This document shows positions 1 to 10,308 of a DNA stretch of 64,000 nucleotides, piece after piece. The translations under genes were made by a program, and so were the position numbers. Source of the stretch: Poseidonia sp. (GTDB taxonomy: Archaea > Thermoplasmatota > Poseidoniia > Poseidoniales > Poseidoniaceae); NCBI GenBank assembly GCA_030829545.1, contig JAURAI010000002.1, forward strand, positions 128,260-192,259. The letters are read 5' to 3'. The first letter of the stretch is position 1. Each line of letters opens with the position of its first letter. The notes under the pieces are model-generated. The model worked only from the letters and a program-made list of their open reading frames with translations, did not search any database and had not been told where the DNA came from.

Positions 1-898
1 CCACCTCGCTTTCAGCATCTTGATGTGCTTCAAGCCGAATCATCCCACTCTGTCCAATGGACAGGGCGTCCTCAGCAGCACTGGGCAACCAACGGCAGCC
101 CTCTGGACCGGCCAAATCAACGAGCAACACACCTTCTTGCCACGAGGGGGCAATCACTGCACGACCATCGGGCCAGGCTACCAAACTGCGGCCATCAAAC
201 AGAAGGTCGTCATTACCGCCAACTTGGTTCGCAAGGAGGAAGGGATGATTGAGCACAGCGGCTGCATGACGAGCAACTTCGAGCCGCGTGTTGGCTTTCT
301 CACTGTGGAACGGGGAGGCTGAAAGGTTGACTGTGGCCTGAATGTCCACGCCTTGACGGCACCATTCGGCGATGTGCTCAATGGGATCTTGAGCATAGGA
401 TGATGGCGTTTTTCCCGCAGATTGCCATGCATCCTCACAAACGGTCACGCCGAGCGTGAGATGACCGATGGAACGGGCCAGTCCAGAGCGATGGTCAGGT
501 GCAAAATAGCGCGCCTCATCAAAAACATCGTAGGTCGGAAGCAATTGCTTGCGTGCCACGATACGACCTCCTCGCTCACCGGTGATGCTACCAGAATCAG
601 GACCACAGCGCACCACACCATTGGTTGGCAAGGCACGTTCGTCCTCGGCAGGAAGGGGAGTTCCTACCAGCAAGGGCAGGGATGACTCGAGCGATAATGC
701 GGTATTGAGGGAACGGCGAATGAAATCATTTTCCAAGAGGAGGTCTCGAGGTGGGTAACCGCACACGGCCAGTTCGGTCGAAACACCGATTGCAGCACCT
801 TCTTTTTCAGCAAGTTTCGCAAGACTAGCAAGGCGTTCACTGTTGTTGTGGAGGTCACCGACAGTGGGATCCATCTGCAAGAGACCAATGCGACTCAT
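1..898 (-). CDS. nadE: Glutamine-dependent NAD+ synthetase, N-terminal carbon-nitrogen hydrolase domain. The C-terminal part runs off the left edge of the window.
   Basis: My own translation of the minus strand from the ATG at 898..896 gives MSRIGLLQMDPTVGDLHNNSERLASLAKLAEKEGAAIGVSTELAVCGYPPRDLL...GVTVCEDAW...FLLANQVGGNDDLLFDGRS with no stop down to position 1. This is the typical NadE/CN-hydrolase N-terminus with the catalytic CED Cys. It is absent from the ORF track because it is open-ended. Confidence 0.8.
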   Translation of the reverse strand, partial: MSRIGLLQMDPTVGDLHNNSERLASLAKLAEKEGAAIGVSTELAVCGYPPRDLLLENDFIRRSLNTALSLESSLPLLVGTPLPAEDERALPTNGVVRCGPDSGSITGERGGRIVARKQLLPTYDVFDEARYFAPDHRSGLARSIGHLTLGVTVCEDAWQSAGKTPSSYAQDPIEHIAEWCRQGVDIQATVNLSASPFHSEKANTRLEVARHAAAVLNHPFLLANQVGGNDDLLFDGRSLVAWPDGRAVIAPSWQEGVLLVDLAGPEGCRWLPSAAEDALSIGQSGMIRLEAHQDAESEV

Positions 899-922
899 CG
901 TAGTTCACCCTCTTGAATCCGT

Positions 923-3900
923 TCAGGGGTGCTTAACAATTTCACCGTGTTCGTCCTTGTACCACCATTCGTTGGTGGCCTTATCGTGGTACCACCAATA
1001 CCCATCGGAGCCCATGACCCAGTCGGTTTCTTCCTCGGTTGACGAGCTCGTGGATGCTGCTGCTGATGCCGTTGCAGATGATGCAGCACGTTGCTCCATT
1101 TCGTCATCATCGTCGTCATCGTAATCATCCTCAAGTTCGTCTGAGTATTCATCCCAATCATAGGCGATTTTTGAACCTTGATTGACCGTCATGCGCTTCA
1201 GCCAAAGCAAGAGAGTCACAACGATGGAGATGAAAAGAAGAGTCGTGATTGCACCGATAACAGGGTTGACATCTCCAAACACCTTTTCTGTAAAGCCTGG
1301 GTCTTCAGAAACTCGTACGTCTACGGTTGGGCCACTGGACATAGCACCGTTCTCAAGGGTTGCTTCAATCCATTGGACACCGGTGCGTTCTGGACCCCAA
1401 TCAAGGGTCACGATACCAACACCGCCAGCATCAACCGTGACGCTGGTCCGTTGAATTTCAGACCGAGTGCCGTCGAGTTCAACCGATTCAAAGATGATAT
1501 CAACACTGCCTTCCAGCGTCCCTGTATTCTCGACTTCCAGTTGAATTGAGGTGGTATCACCCACTTCAAGGAGGAGGCGAGAATAGGTCATCGAGGATGG
1601 CGACACTGTAAATTCGGGTTGCAGCCATTCCATGTTCCACGTGGCAATACTGGTTCCACTGACTCCACCGTTAAGGCCCGTAACCTCGTTACCTGCGAGG
1701 TCTCGACCTTCAACATAGATCTTGACGACCATGCGGTCAATGAGCATCGAGTCAGTGATTTCACTGAGGTCCATTTCTGTCGAGAGTTCGAGGCGGAGTC
1801 CGTCTAATTCGGTCCCCATAAGGTTCAGTGCTTCACGCCCGGACCGAATGGTGTCTCGGGTCTCAAAGTCTTCAACCACCCAAACCAATTCAAGAGATTG
1901 AACGTCCAAGCCCCCAAGTTCTTCGATGACAATACGGACATCATGCCCTTCGCCTCCAAGGATGGCAAGCGGACGGGGCGACAAGATTTCTACAGGGTTT
2001 GGACCCGTACCATCAACGAGAATCCATTTGACAGAGGTTTCCTTATCGGTAAGGTCAACGCCTTGTCCTTCGAGGCAACCAACCTCCCACGTCAATGGAA
2101 GTGCACCGGATACTGCAGGCGCTTCCAAGGGAGTGGACCAAATGCCATCATAGGCCGTTGCAGTGTAGGTTGAGCCAGCAAAGAGAAGGTTGACCTCGCA
2201 ATCAAAGACTGGAACTGTTGATGTTTCTGCAAACACCAACCCGCCCGAAATCTCCATCGGAGTGAGCGGTGTAACACGAGCGCCATCACCAAGGAAGGAA
2301 CCACGTGTAAGGAAGAGATTGACACTCTCTTCTGGAATGCTCAAGCCTGCTGAAAAGCGCCAGCGATGTTCAGGGAAGTTACGAGAGTCTTCCTGTCCAG
2401 CCCGGTCGATGACCAGAATCGCTGGTTCACGACGGTTGTCACCAAGGTCCGGCGTATTCCAGCCGAAGGTCAAGTCAATTTGCAGCAGCATATCCTTCTC
2501 AAAGGGCCCAGCAACGCCATTTTCACCCATCATGGTGCAGTCTTCAATAAAGATATGAATCGATTCTGTCGTACAGTTGCCGCTTTCAAAGTCCCAAATG
2601 ATGCTCATGGTATCGCTGCCTTGGTTACTGGCCAACATCACCTCAACGGTGTCGAGGTCAGACCCTCCATTCGGTTCGGTAATTTTCACGTCGAGTTGGT
2701 AGGGTTGTCCGGGATGCAACCATGATTTCCTTCCATCTGCCCACGAGAATGCATCAGGGTCGAGTGTTGGAGCACCATCAATTGCCAGTTGGTAGACCGT
2801 CAATTGTTGACCCTCTTCTGCGCTACCGCCCTGTTGGATCGCATAGCCTGACGGGTCCGTGCCTTCAAGATAGACCGCTACTTTTTGGCCCAAACTGCCG
2901 GCGGTATCGTCCATCATGAGCGTGTAGATTCCGGTGAGTGCGGTGCGGTCGCTTGGCAAGAGCATGGCGACAGGCGAATATTCGCCTTCATCGGGCAAAC
3001 CGTTGAGGTTGTCGTCATCGGCCCATTCTTTCCAGACCATCGCGTTCATCGCCGCGGGGAGGATTGGTTGGTCCATGATGGTCACCTGCAACACTTGGGT
3101 TGGGCTAGGGGTACGGTGATCGTATTGATACATCGAGCTCTCAAGGACACGAGGCTTGACGGAATCGACGGTGAAGGTTCGGGCCACTTCGTTGGGCTCA
3201 ATGATGGTTGAACCGTTGAGGGAAACAAGACGTACCGTCCAGGTGACATCACCATAGGTGAAGGGAATGGTCTCGGTTATGTTCCAGTACACACCATCCA
3301 ACGTGGTTGTATTGATGACGGCTGAACCGTCGCGGTAGAGGGTTAATTCGGCATCTCCATCGACGAAAGCACCTGCTGAAGTGAGGCCTTCAAAGCCAAT
3401 TTCAACCGAGACGTTCATGCTCGTTCCACCTTGCAGGTACTGCCTGGTGCTCGGCATAACACCTTCAGCATCGGAGAAGGTCATGGCCTTAATTTCAAGG
3501 TCGTTTTCATACCCTTGATTGTTCAAGTCGCCCCAAGTATGCGAGAAGGGGATGGAGATGACGCCGCTTTGGAGTACGAGGCGGGAGGTCGCCGTAAGTT
3601 GCATTTCATCGTCCCACATCGGGCGCAATCGGAAGGTGATGTTGGCCGTGACCGTCGAGCCGTCAACAAGCGCTTCAATAGGTGAGTCGGGGTGGATTTC
3701 TACCAGGTCAGCATCACCCAGGCCTGCTGGTGAGCCTCCACTTGCAGGGAAGAGCCAGGTGGCTTGGTGTGATTTGCTGAAGACATCAAGACGATAATGC
3801 GTAACAGTGCCGCCAAAGACCTGATATTCGGTCTCGATGGTCTGCCAGTCTTGACTTGGAGTCAGCACTGCTTGTGTGTTACGCATGTCGCCATCTTGAA

Positions 3901-6058
3901 GAAGAACCGTGGCTGATGTTTGCAGGTCGATGACCTCAATGGTCAAGCCACCGCGCTCACTCGCCACGAAGGGCATGGGAATGGCTTGCATACCGCCCAC
4001 ATTGGGCACAGAGGTTCGTGCTTCATTCAGGCCCATCACAAAGGAGGATGAAGCGTCTGCTTGGAGGTTGTGAGAGGCGTTGTAGGTTGCACGCAAGCCT
4101 CCCAAAACGACCGTCCCAGACCCAGAGACCTCAATTCGAATCTCTGTGAAGTCGGTGCCGAGGATATCAAGGGAGTTACTGACCATGGACAACTCATGCG
4201 CCATCAACTCAAATTCGCTTACGTTCAACTGCATCACGCCCGCGGTCGCTGCATCATAGGAACGGTTGGCGATGAAATCATTCTGAACGAAGAGTGCGAC
4301 ATCCCGTATTGAACCGCTTTGTGCTACGAAGGAAAAGGCAAAGGAAGAAAGGTCATCCTTAGGCACCCATGCTTTGGTGACGGTTGGTGCACCGCTCACA
4401 AGTGGAAGGGAAATTTGCTCCTCACCGTTGACGAAGCGATCCTGCCAGCCCCACGACCCTACACGCTCGTCCACGCCGCCCCATTCGTAGCGCTCATCGA
4501 GGTTGAAATCCAGGGCAGGACGGGCGGGGACTTGTCCCCCAAACATGTCGTGATGAAGTGAATTTACAGACCACGTCGTGAAATTACTCATGTTTCCATC
4601 CGTTGGAGGAAGCGCAACTGCTCGTAGTTGCATCCCAACCGTTTCGGGCGTCAGGATGGGCGTGTAAGGCAACGTGATGTTGGTCCAAGCTTGCAAAGGA
4701 TGGTGACGGACTTGGATTTGAGCATTGGTCATGGTGCCGTCAACTTTGGCATCGTATACCGGTGCATTCGCTAGGAACCAAGGCGACGTCAGGCTGGCAT
4801 TTGCTATGCCTACAACCTGCCCGGTCAGTGGAGAAAAGGTTGATCCGTTGAGTACCCAACCTCGTTGGTCTGGAGGCGCGTGGAAGGATTCGCGGGCTGA
4901 CCCGTCCCCTGCGATTGAGTAAACGGCAGGCATGCCGCTGACACTTGCTGCGAATTCAAGATGGAGACGGAATTCATCCACCGTTTGATAGTCCAAGAGA
5001 TTGAGTGGAACCACCATCTCGTTGGTACCGTGCATTCCAGGTATGACCTCACCAGCAGCATTGAGAATCGACCAGTTCAGGAAGGCTTCTGGAGGAATGG
5101 TGGCTTCGATGTACAGAGGCGCATAGGTATCGGCAGCCAGCAATTGGGTGCTTCCTGCCTTCGACCCCATGGTCGGGCTGGTCCAGTTGGATGCCGGCGG
5201 AGTTGCGATGTGTACGTCATCAACAAACCAATAGTCGCAGCAGGTTGAACTGCCACTGGTTTGATGGATTCTGAATTGTGAATTGGTGTGCAGGGCGGCC
5301 GCAGGGAGTGTGGTCATGTACTGGAAATTCGTGGTCTGTGAACCACCGCCACTGAAGGTGTTGAAGGTGGTCCATGAACCTGAAGCAGTCTTGTATTGGA
5401 ATTGGAGGTTCTCACCAGAATCGGGTGTCTCCCCGCAACCAGACCTTCCTTCATGGACCCAAGCGTGGAACGGTATGTTCACGCCACCTGCCAAATTGAC
5501 CGTGGGTGATGTGCCGTATGTCGACCCTGCGTAGGTTCGCAATGAACCTCCGGTTGTGCCGTTGTAGCCGCACGCTGGAGATGTGACCCGAGCCGTGTAT
5601 GTGTTTGAAAATGTCCACCCTTGATTGTTGGTGTTAAAGTCCCACAGGACACCTGAGGAAGTTCCAGAGAGGGCACCATTCACGACCGATGAGCCGTTGT
5701 TGATGGCATCAGGATGATTCCAGTCTGCTGCTTCATCCCAAACAAAACCTGATTGTGTTGGCAAAATTTTGGGTTTGAAATTAAATTCTGCACTGACCAG
5801 AGGTTCGTTGTTGGGCAGGTCGAGTTTGAAGGCATTGTTGGCAGTCGTAGTGAGCGTGAGGTCCATGTCACCTCCCTCACCAACGGCGTAAGGAGATTCT
5901 TCTTGTTCAAGGGACTGCACTTCATTGTCTCCCGTGAAATCGATCACTGAAATCCAACTACTGGCCACCAAAAGGCCAACAAGAAGCAGAGCAATGCCGT
6001 GGACACGCCTCCCCGTCATGGCCGCGGGTGCACATTGAAGGCCTTGAAGGATACGCAT
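923..6058 (-). CDS. Giant (~1700 aa) C-terminally membrane-anchored surface protein, adhesin-like, with an N-proximal MAM/jelly-roll-like domain.
   Basis: Single uninterrupted ORF 923..6241. The likely start is M62 (6058) or M75 (6019), just before the signal-like GRRVHGIALLLVGLLVASS. A TM helix (VIGAITTLLFISIVVTLLLWLKR) lies near the C-terminus, followed by an acidic tail (DDYDDDDDDE) and a Trp-rich end, GYWWYHDKATNEWWYKDEHGE. The upstream 6059..6241 would collide with the divergent ileS promoter region. Confidence 0.8.
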   Translation of the reverse strand: MRILQGLQCAPAAMTGRRVHGIALLLVGLLVASSWISVIDFTGDNEVQSLEQEESPYAVGEGGDMDLTLTTTANNAFKLDLPNNEPLVSAEFNFKPKILPTQSGFVWDEAADWNHPDAINNGSSVVNGALSGTSSGVLWDFNTNNQGWTFSNTYTARVTSPACGYNGTTGGSLRTYAGSTYGTSPTVNLAGGVNIPFHAWVHEGRSGCGETPDSGENLQFQYKTASGSWTTFNTFSGGGSQTTNFQYMTTLPAAALHTNSQFRIHQTSGSSTCCDYWFVDDVHIATPPASNWTSPTMGSKAGSTQLLAADTYAPLYIEATIPPEAFLNWSILNAAGEVIPGMHGTNEMVVPLNLLDYQTVDEFRLHLEFAASVSGMPAVYSIAGDGSARESFHAPPDQRGWVLNGSTFSPLTGQVVGIANASLTSPWFLANAPVYDAKVDGTMTNAQIQVRHHPLQAWTNITLPYTPILTPETVGMQLRAVALPPTDGNMSNFTTWSVNSLHHDMFGGQVPARPALDFNLDERYEWGGVDERVGSWGWQDRFVNGEEQISLPLVSGAPTVTKAWVPKDDLSSFAFSFVAQSGSIRDVALFVQNDFIANRSYDAATAGVMQLNVSEFELMAHELSMVSNSLDILGTDFTEIRIEVSGSGTVVLGGLRATYNASHNLQADASSSFVMGLNEARTSVPNVGGMQAIPMPFVASERGGLTIEVIDLQTSATVLLQDGDMRNTQAVLTPSQDWQTIETEYQVFGGTVTHYRLDVFSKSHQATWLFPASGGSPAGLGDADLVEIHPDSPIEALVDGSTVTANITFRLRPMWDDEMQLTATSRLVLQSGVISIPFSHTWGDLNNQGYENDLEIKAMTFSDAEGVMPSTRQYLQGGTSMNVSVEIGFEGLTSAGAFVDGDAELTLYRDGSAVINTTTLDGVYWNITETIPFTYGDVTWTVRLVSLNGSTIIEPNEVARTFTVDSVKPRVLESSMYQYDHRTPSPTQVLQVTIMDQPILPAAMNAMVWKEWADDDNLNGLPDEGEYSPVAMLLPSDRTALTGIYTLMMDDTAGSLGQKVAVYLEGTDPSGYAIQQGGSAEEGQQLTVYQLAIDGAPTLDPDAFSWADGRKSWLHPGQPYQLDVKITEPNGGSDLDTVEVMLASNQGSDTMSIIWDFESGNCTTESIHIFIEDCTMMGENGVAGPFEKDMLLQIDLTFGWNTPDLGDNRREPAILVIDRAGQEDSRNFPEHRWRFSAGLSIPEESVNLFLTRGSFLGDGARVTPLTPMEISGGLVFAETSTVPVFDCEVNLLFAGSTYTATAYDGIWSTPLEAPAVSGALPLTWEVGCLEGQGVDLTDKETSVKWILVDGTGPNPVEILSPRPLAILGGEGHDVRIVIEELGGLDVQSLELVWVVEDFETRDTIRSGREALNLMGTELDGLRLELSTEMDLSEITDSMLIDRMVVKIYVEGRDLAGNEVTGLNGGVSGTSIATWNMEWLQPEFTVSPSSMTYSRLLLEVGDTTSIQLEVENTGTLEGSVDIIFESVELDGTRSEIQRTSVTVDAGGVGIVTLDWGPERTGVQWIEATLENGAMSSGPTVDVRVSEDPGFTEKVFGDVNPVIGAITTLLFISIVVTLLLWLKRMTVNQGSKIAYDWDEYSDELEDDYDDDDDDEMEQRAASSATASAAASTSSSTEEETDWVMGSDGYWWYHDKATNEWWYKDEHGEIVKHP

Positions 6059-6186
6059 CCATTTTCTCTCCATTCTTTGGCACAAATCAGCGCACAGATG
6101 CGGAAGGAGGTAAGAACCGGGACGACTGGCCGAAAAAGAGTCACTTCGGGAGTGATATTCAAAACGAGACCACGGGTGGAACCAAC

Positions 6187-9100
6187 ATGGCTCGCCCAAG
6201 CTCAGCAGGTGAATTGGACGCTGTAGCATTGGAAACAGCACTCTTGGAGCAGTGGAAGCAAGAAAGTGCCTTCCAAGCCTCGATTGAATCCCGTCGAAAC
6301 GGGGCTCCGTTCATCTTCCTTGAAGGCCCACCTACTGCCAACGGTAAACCTGGCATCCACCACGTTGTGGCTCGAACCTACAAAGATCTCGTCTGCCGTT
6401 GGAAGACCATGGAGGGCTTCTTGGTCGAGCGTAAAGGTGGATGGGATACCCACGGCCTGCCCGTAGAGATCGAAGTGCAGAAGCGTTTGGACCTCATGAG
6501 CAATGAACAAATCGAAGCCTTTGGAATGGACGCATTCAACCAAGCATGTCGAGAATCGGTCTGGACCTACGAGGCAGCCTGGCGGGAGATGACCGAGCGA
6601 ATGGCCTATTGGGTCGATTTGGACAATCCATATGTCACGCTGCACAACGACTATGTTGAATCATGTTGGTGGGCCCTCAAGCAAATGTTCGACAAGGGTT
6701 TGCTCTATCGGGGTCACAAGGTCTTGCCGTATTGCCCCCAAACCGGCACCTCGTATTCAAGTCACGAAGTTGCGCTTGGATACAAGGAAGTTGAGGAGCC
6801 GTCGGTATATGTCAAATTCAAACTCATTGATGACGATGCGTCCATTCTTGCCTGGACGACAACACCGTGGACACTCCCCGGCAACGTCGGCCTTGCAGTC
6901 GGCCCAGACGTCACCTACGTTCGTTGCCGAATCAAAGAAGCGGCTGGTGAATCATGGGAAGGCGTAGGTGGTGCTGAGGTTGGCGAAGAAATCATTCTTG
7001 CAAAGGACCTGATGAAAGAAGTCCTTCGTCACCATGTTGACATCATCGATGAATTCCCTGGCTCATCCCTGGTCGGTCAAGCCTATGAATCGCTCTTCCC
7101 AGAAGCCGTGCCTCGCGGCGACTCGACCACAGCGTGGACGGTGCTGGAAGCAGATTGGGTTACCACCACCGACGGAACGGGCGTGGTACACACTGCCGTC
7201 ATGTACGGTGAAGACGATTACAACCTTGGAATGGAAGCCGGCCTGCCCGCCTACCACACCGTCGGCATGGACGGCTCCTTTGTGAGTGGGACACACCCCG
7301 AACTTGATGGAAAGTACGTCAAGGACTGTGATGCAACCATCATCGCCTTGCTCAGTGCGAGCGGCGGCTCCAACGGTAAAGGTCCGGACAGTGGCTTGCT
7401 CTACCGCGAAAAAGCATATTCTCACGATTATCCGCACTGCTGGCGCACCGATCACCCGCTTCTTTACTACGCCATGGACTCATGGTTTGTTCGTATGACC
7501 GCAGTCAAGGAAAAGTTGCTTGAATTCAACGATAACGTCGAGTGGGCACCGGATTGGGTTGGCGAAGGACGCTTTGGTGAATGGCTTCGTAATGTCAAGG
7601 ATTGGGCGATTTCAAGAGAGCGCTATTGGGGAACACCTCTCCCAGTATGGCGCAGTGAAGAAGGCGAGATGAAATGCGTTGGTTCGATTGAAGAATTGCA
7701 GGCCGAGGTTGCCAAAGCAATCGCTGCTGGCATTGAGAACCCTGAATGTCCAGATGATGTGGACCTTCATCGACCGATTGTAGACAATTACACCCTCGTT
7801 TCTGACGATGGCAAGCCCATGCACCGTGAGCCGTTCGTGATGGATTGTTGGTTTGATTCAGGCTGTGCTCCGTTCGCTCAGTGGCATCATCCCTTCGATG
7901 GTGGAGAGCGGTTCAACGCCTCCTTCCCCGTGGATTACATCTGTGAGGGTGTTGACCAAACCCGTGGATGGTTCTACACGCTGTTGGCTGTTTCCGCTAC
8001 CGTCTTCGACAGCATGGCCTACAAGCGATGTCTTTCGCTGGGGTTGATTTTGGATGCAGAAGGCAAGAAAATGTCGAAATCACGCGGGAATATCGTTGAC
8101 CCGTGGGACCATTTCAACCGAGAGGGTGCTGATGCCACTCGGTGGTACATGGTGACTGCAGGCGCTCCTTGGAATCCATTAAAATTCGATTCCAACGGCG
8201 TACGGGAAACCTATGCCAAAATGTTCCTGACGCTGTGGAACGTCTACAAATTCCACGTGGATTACGCTGCACTTGATGGCTTTGACCCGCTCAAGAGTGA
8301 GTCGCCTGTTGAGCAGCGAAGTGAATTGGACCGCTGGATTCTTTCACGACTGCACACCGTAGCGCTAGGCTACCACGACGGTTTTGTCAACTGGCAATAT
8401 CACAAGGCCTGTCGTGACCTCGAGGATTTCGTTGTCAACGACCTGTCAAACTGGTACGTCCGACGAAGCCGACGCCGTTTGTGGGACGAGGCTGAAAGCG
8501 GAGACAAACTTGCATGCCAGCACACACTTCACGAAGTGCTCACCACCTTGTGCAAACTCATCGCTCCGGTTTCCCCCTTCATGGTCGATACCATCCACCG
8601 AAATCTCAACGGAAGTTCAGTCCACCAAGCCGATTGGCCAGTAGGCGTTCCGGGATCAATCGACGGAGCAACAGCCGATGCTTGGGATGAAGCGGCTGCG
8701 AAGGCAACTGCCACACTTCCACTTCAAGACCTCGCATTGGAAGCGACCATGACGCTCATCAGGGAACTAGCTGAGGCCGGTCGTCGAATCCGCATTGACG
8801 TCGGCCGCCGACAACGCCTCCCGTGTGCACAAGGTTGGATTGTAGCAGGACCCGACCTCGCAAACTTCCACGACCTATTAGCAGAAGAGTTGAACGTTGA
8901 AAGCATACATGTTGAGAATGATCTCGACCGATTCCAGCGAATTGAACTCGCTCCGAATTTCAGAGCACTCGCTCCGAAAGCACGTGCTCAAGTCAACGAT
9001 GTCGCAGCAGCCATCAAGGGCGCAGAAGACCCTGAAGCACTGCTCGAAGCCATCCGAAACGGAGGCGCTGATGTCCTTGGTGTGACCGTGGAAGAAAGCG

Positions 9101-9477
9101 ATGTTGAGGTGAAGCGAGTTGAACGTTCCGGCTTTGCAGCGCAAACCGTTGAAGTTGGCGAAGGTGAAGCATCCATGCATGTGAGTTTGGTTCTCGACAT
9201 GAACGACACCCCCGCCCTTCTCTCCAAGGGAATGGCCCGTGACATCACACGCCGAGTCCAAGCCAAGCGAAAGGCATTGGACCTCGCCATTGAAGCCACC
9301 ATCGACCTCGAAGTTTGGATGGAAAACGCTCCTGAGATGTTGCAAGAAGACGAAGCATGGGTCGCTCATGAAACTCGGTCCGCAGGCTGCGTCTTCCACC
9401 CTGAAGGAAGCAGTGCTCCCGGCGAGGCTGAAACGTTCGAAGTTGACGGCACCATCGTTTCCTTCATCGTATCGTGA
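6187..9477 (+). CDS. ileS: Isoleucyl-tRNA synthetase
   Basis: Class I signatures PPTANGKPGIHHV (HIGH-type) and KKMSKSRGN (KMSKS), with length and colinearity typical of archaeal IleRS. Start placed at the MARPSS ATG (6187); the ORF-track start at 6028 adds a non-conserved extension. Confidence 0.95.
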   Translation: MARPSSAGELDAVALETALLEQWKQESAFQASIESRRNGAPFIFLEGPPTANGKPGIHHVVARTYKDLVCRWKTMEGFLVERKGGWDTHGLPVEIEVQKRLDLMSNEQIEAFGMDAFNQACRESVWTYEAAWREMTERMAYWVDLDNPYVTLHNDYVESCWWALKQMFDKGLLYRGHKVLPYCPQTGTSYSSHEVALGYKEVEEPSVYVKFKLIDDDASILAWTTTPWTLPGNVGLAVGPDVTYVRCRIKEAAGESWEGVGGAEVGEEIILAKDLMKEVLRHHVDIIDEFPGSSLVGQAYESLFPEAVPRGDSTTAWTVLEADWVTTTDGTGVVHTAVMYGEDDYNLGMEAGLPAYHTVGMDGSFVSGTHPELDGKYVKDCDATIIALLSASGGSNGKGPDSGLLYREKAYSHDYPHCWRTDHPLLYYAMDSWFVRMTAVKEKLLEFNDNVEWAPDWVGEGRFGEWLRNVKDWAISRERYWGTPLPVWRSEEGEMKCVGSIEELQAEVAKAIAAGIENPECPDDVDLHRPIVDNYTLVSDDGKPMHREPFVMDCWFDSGCAPFAQWHHPFDGGERFNASFPVDYICEGVDQTRGWFYTLLAVSATVFDSMAYKRCLSLGLILDAEGKKMSKSRGNIVDPWDHFNREGADATRWYMVTAGAPWNPLKFDSNGVRETYAKMFLTLWNVYKFHVDYAALDGFDPLKSESPVEQRSELDRWILSRLHTVALGYHDGFVNWQYHKACRDLEDFVVNDLSNWYVRRSRRRLWDEAESGDKLACQHTLHEVLTTLCKLIAPVSPFMVDTIHRNLNGSSVHQADWPVGVPGSIDGATADAWDEAAAKATATLPLQDLALEATMTLIRELAEAGRRIRIDVGRRQRLPCAQGWIVAGPDLANFHDLLAEELNVESIHVENDLDRFQRIELAPNFRALAPKARAQVNDVAAAIKGAEDPEALLEAIRNGGADVLGVTVEESDVEVKRVERSGFAAQTVEVGEGEASMHVSLVLDMNDTPALLSKGMARDITRRVQAKRKALDLAIEATIDLEVWMENAPEMLQEDEAWVAHETRSAGCVFHPEGSSAPGEAETFEVDGTIVSFIVS

Positions 9478-9486
9478 GGCGAGCCT

Positions 9487-10254
9487 GTGCGCGTGGTATC
9501 ACTCGTCCCCAGCCTTACACTAACGCTCTTTGACCTTGGACTCGATGCCACGTCCATCGTCGGCAGAACACCATGGTGCATCCATCCAGCAGACCAGGTC
9601 AACAAAGTCCCCGTTGTGGGAGGTACCAAAACACCGACTCGTTCCAAAATAATTCATGCCCGGCCGGACCTTGTCGTCCTTGACCGGGATGAAAACCCCA
9701 AAGCGATTTACGACTGGTGTCAAGAGCAAGGCTATGCTACCTACGTATGTCATGTCAAACATCCAAGTGATGTCCCCGCTATGGTACGCGAACTTTCGAG
9801 AGCAGTCGACTGCGAAGCCAAGGGCGAATCCATGGCCAAAGAACTTGAGCAAACGCTTGCTTCCTTGCCAGCAGGTGGCAATGAAAAGGCCCTACCGATC
9901 ATCTGGCATGAGCCTTTGATGGCAGCAAACGCAACAACATATGCTGGAGGCATGATCTCATGTCTGGGCTTTGATGTGGTGAACATTGACCCTGATGGAA
10001 ACGGCTACCCCGAAGTGACACCTGCCTCGATAAAGCAGCATGGCATTGGTCATCTCTTCTTTTCGAGTGAACCTTACGAATTCAATCGTCAGGAAGGCGA
10101 GCAAGTCGCTGATGAAGTGGAAGGAATCGGTGGTGCACGGCCTTTGGTCCACCTTATCGACGGAGAAGCACTCACTTGGATGGGCAGCCATACGAATGAA
10201 GGACTGAAGCATCTGCTCAACCTGAGGAGCGAACTCGGCCTTGCCGATGAATAA
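9487..10254 (+). CDS. Periplasmic-binding-protein-fold protein (BtuF/TroA-like, cobalamin or Fe-siderophore binding family), with no signal peptide.
   Basis: The N-terminus RVVSLVPSLTLTLFDLGL...IVGRT...VGGTKTPTRSKIIHARPDLVV matches the PBP type 2 (BtuF-like) pattern. GTG start 9 nt after the ileS stop. Confidence 0.55.
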   Translation: MRVVSLVPSLTLTLFDLGLDATSIVGRTPWCIHPADQVNKVPVVGGTKTPTRSKIIHARPDLVVLDRDENPKAIYDWCQEQGYATYVCHVKHPSDVPAMVRELSRAVDCEAKGESMAKELEQTLASLPAGGNEKALPIIWHEPLMAANATTYAGGMISCLGFDVVNIDPDGNGYPEVTPASIKQHGIGHLFFSSEPYEFNRQEGEQVADEVEGIGGARPLVHLIDGEALTWMGSHTNEGLKHLLNLRSELGLADE

Positions 10255-10308
10255 ATGGCGAAGTCGCCGAAGCGACGCCTTCAAATCACGCCGTAACGAC
10301 GCATCATC

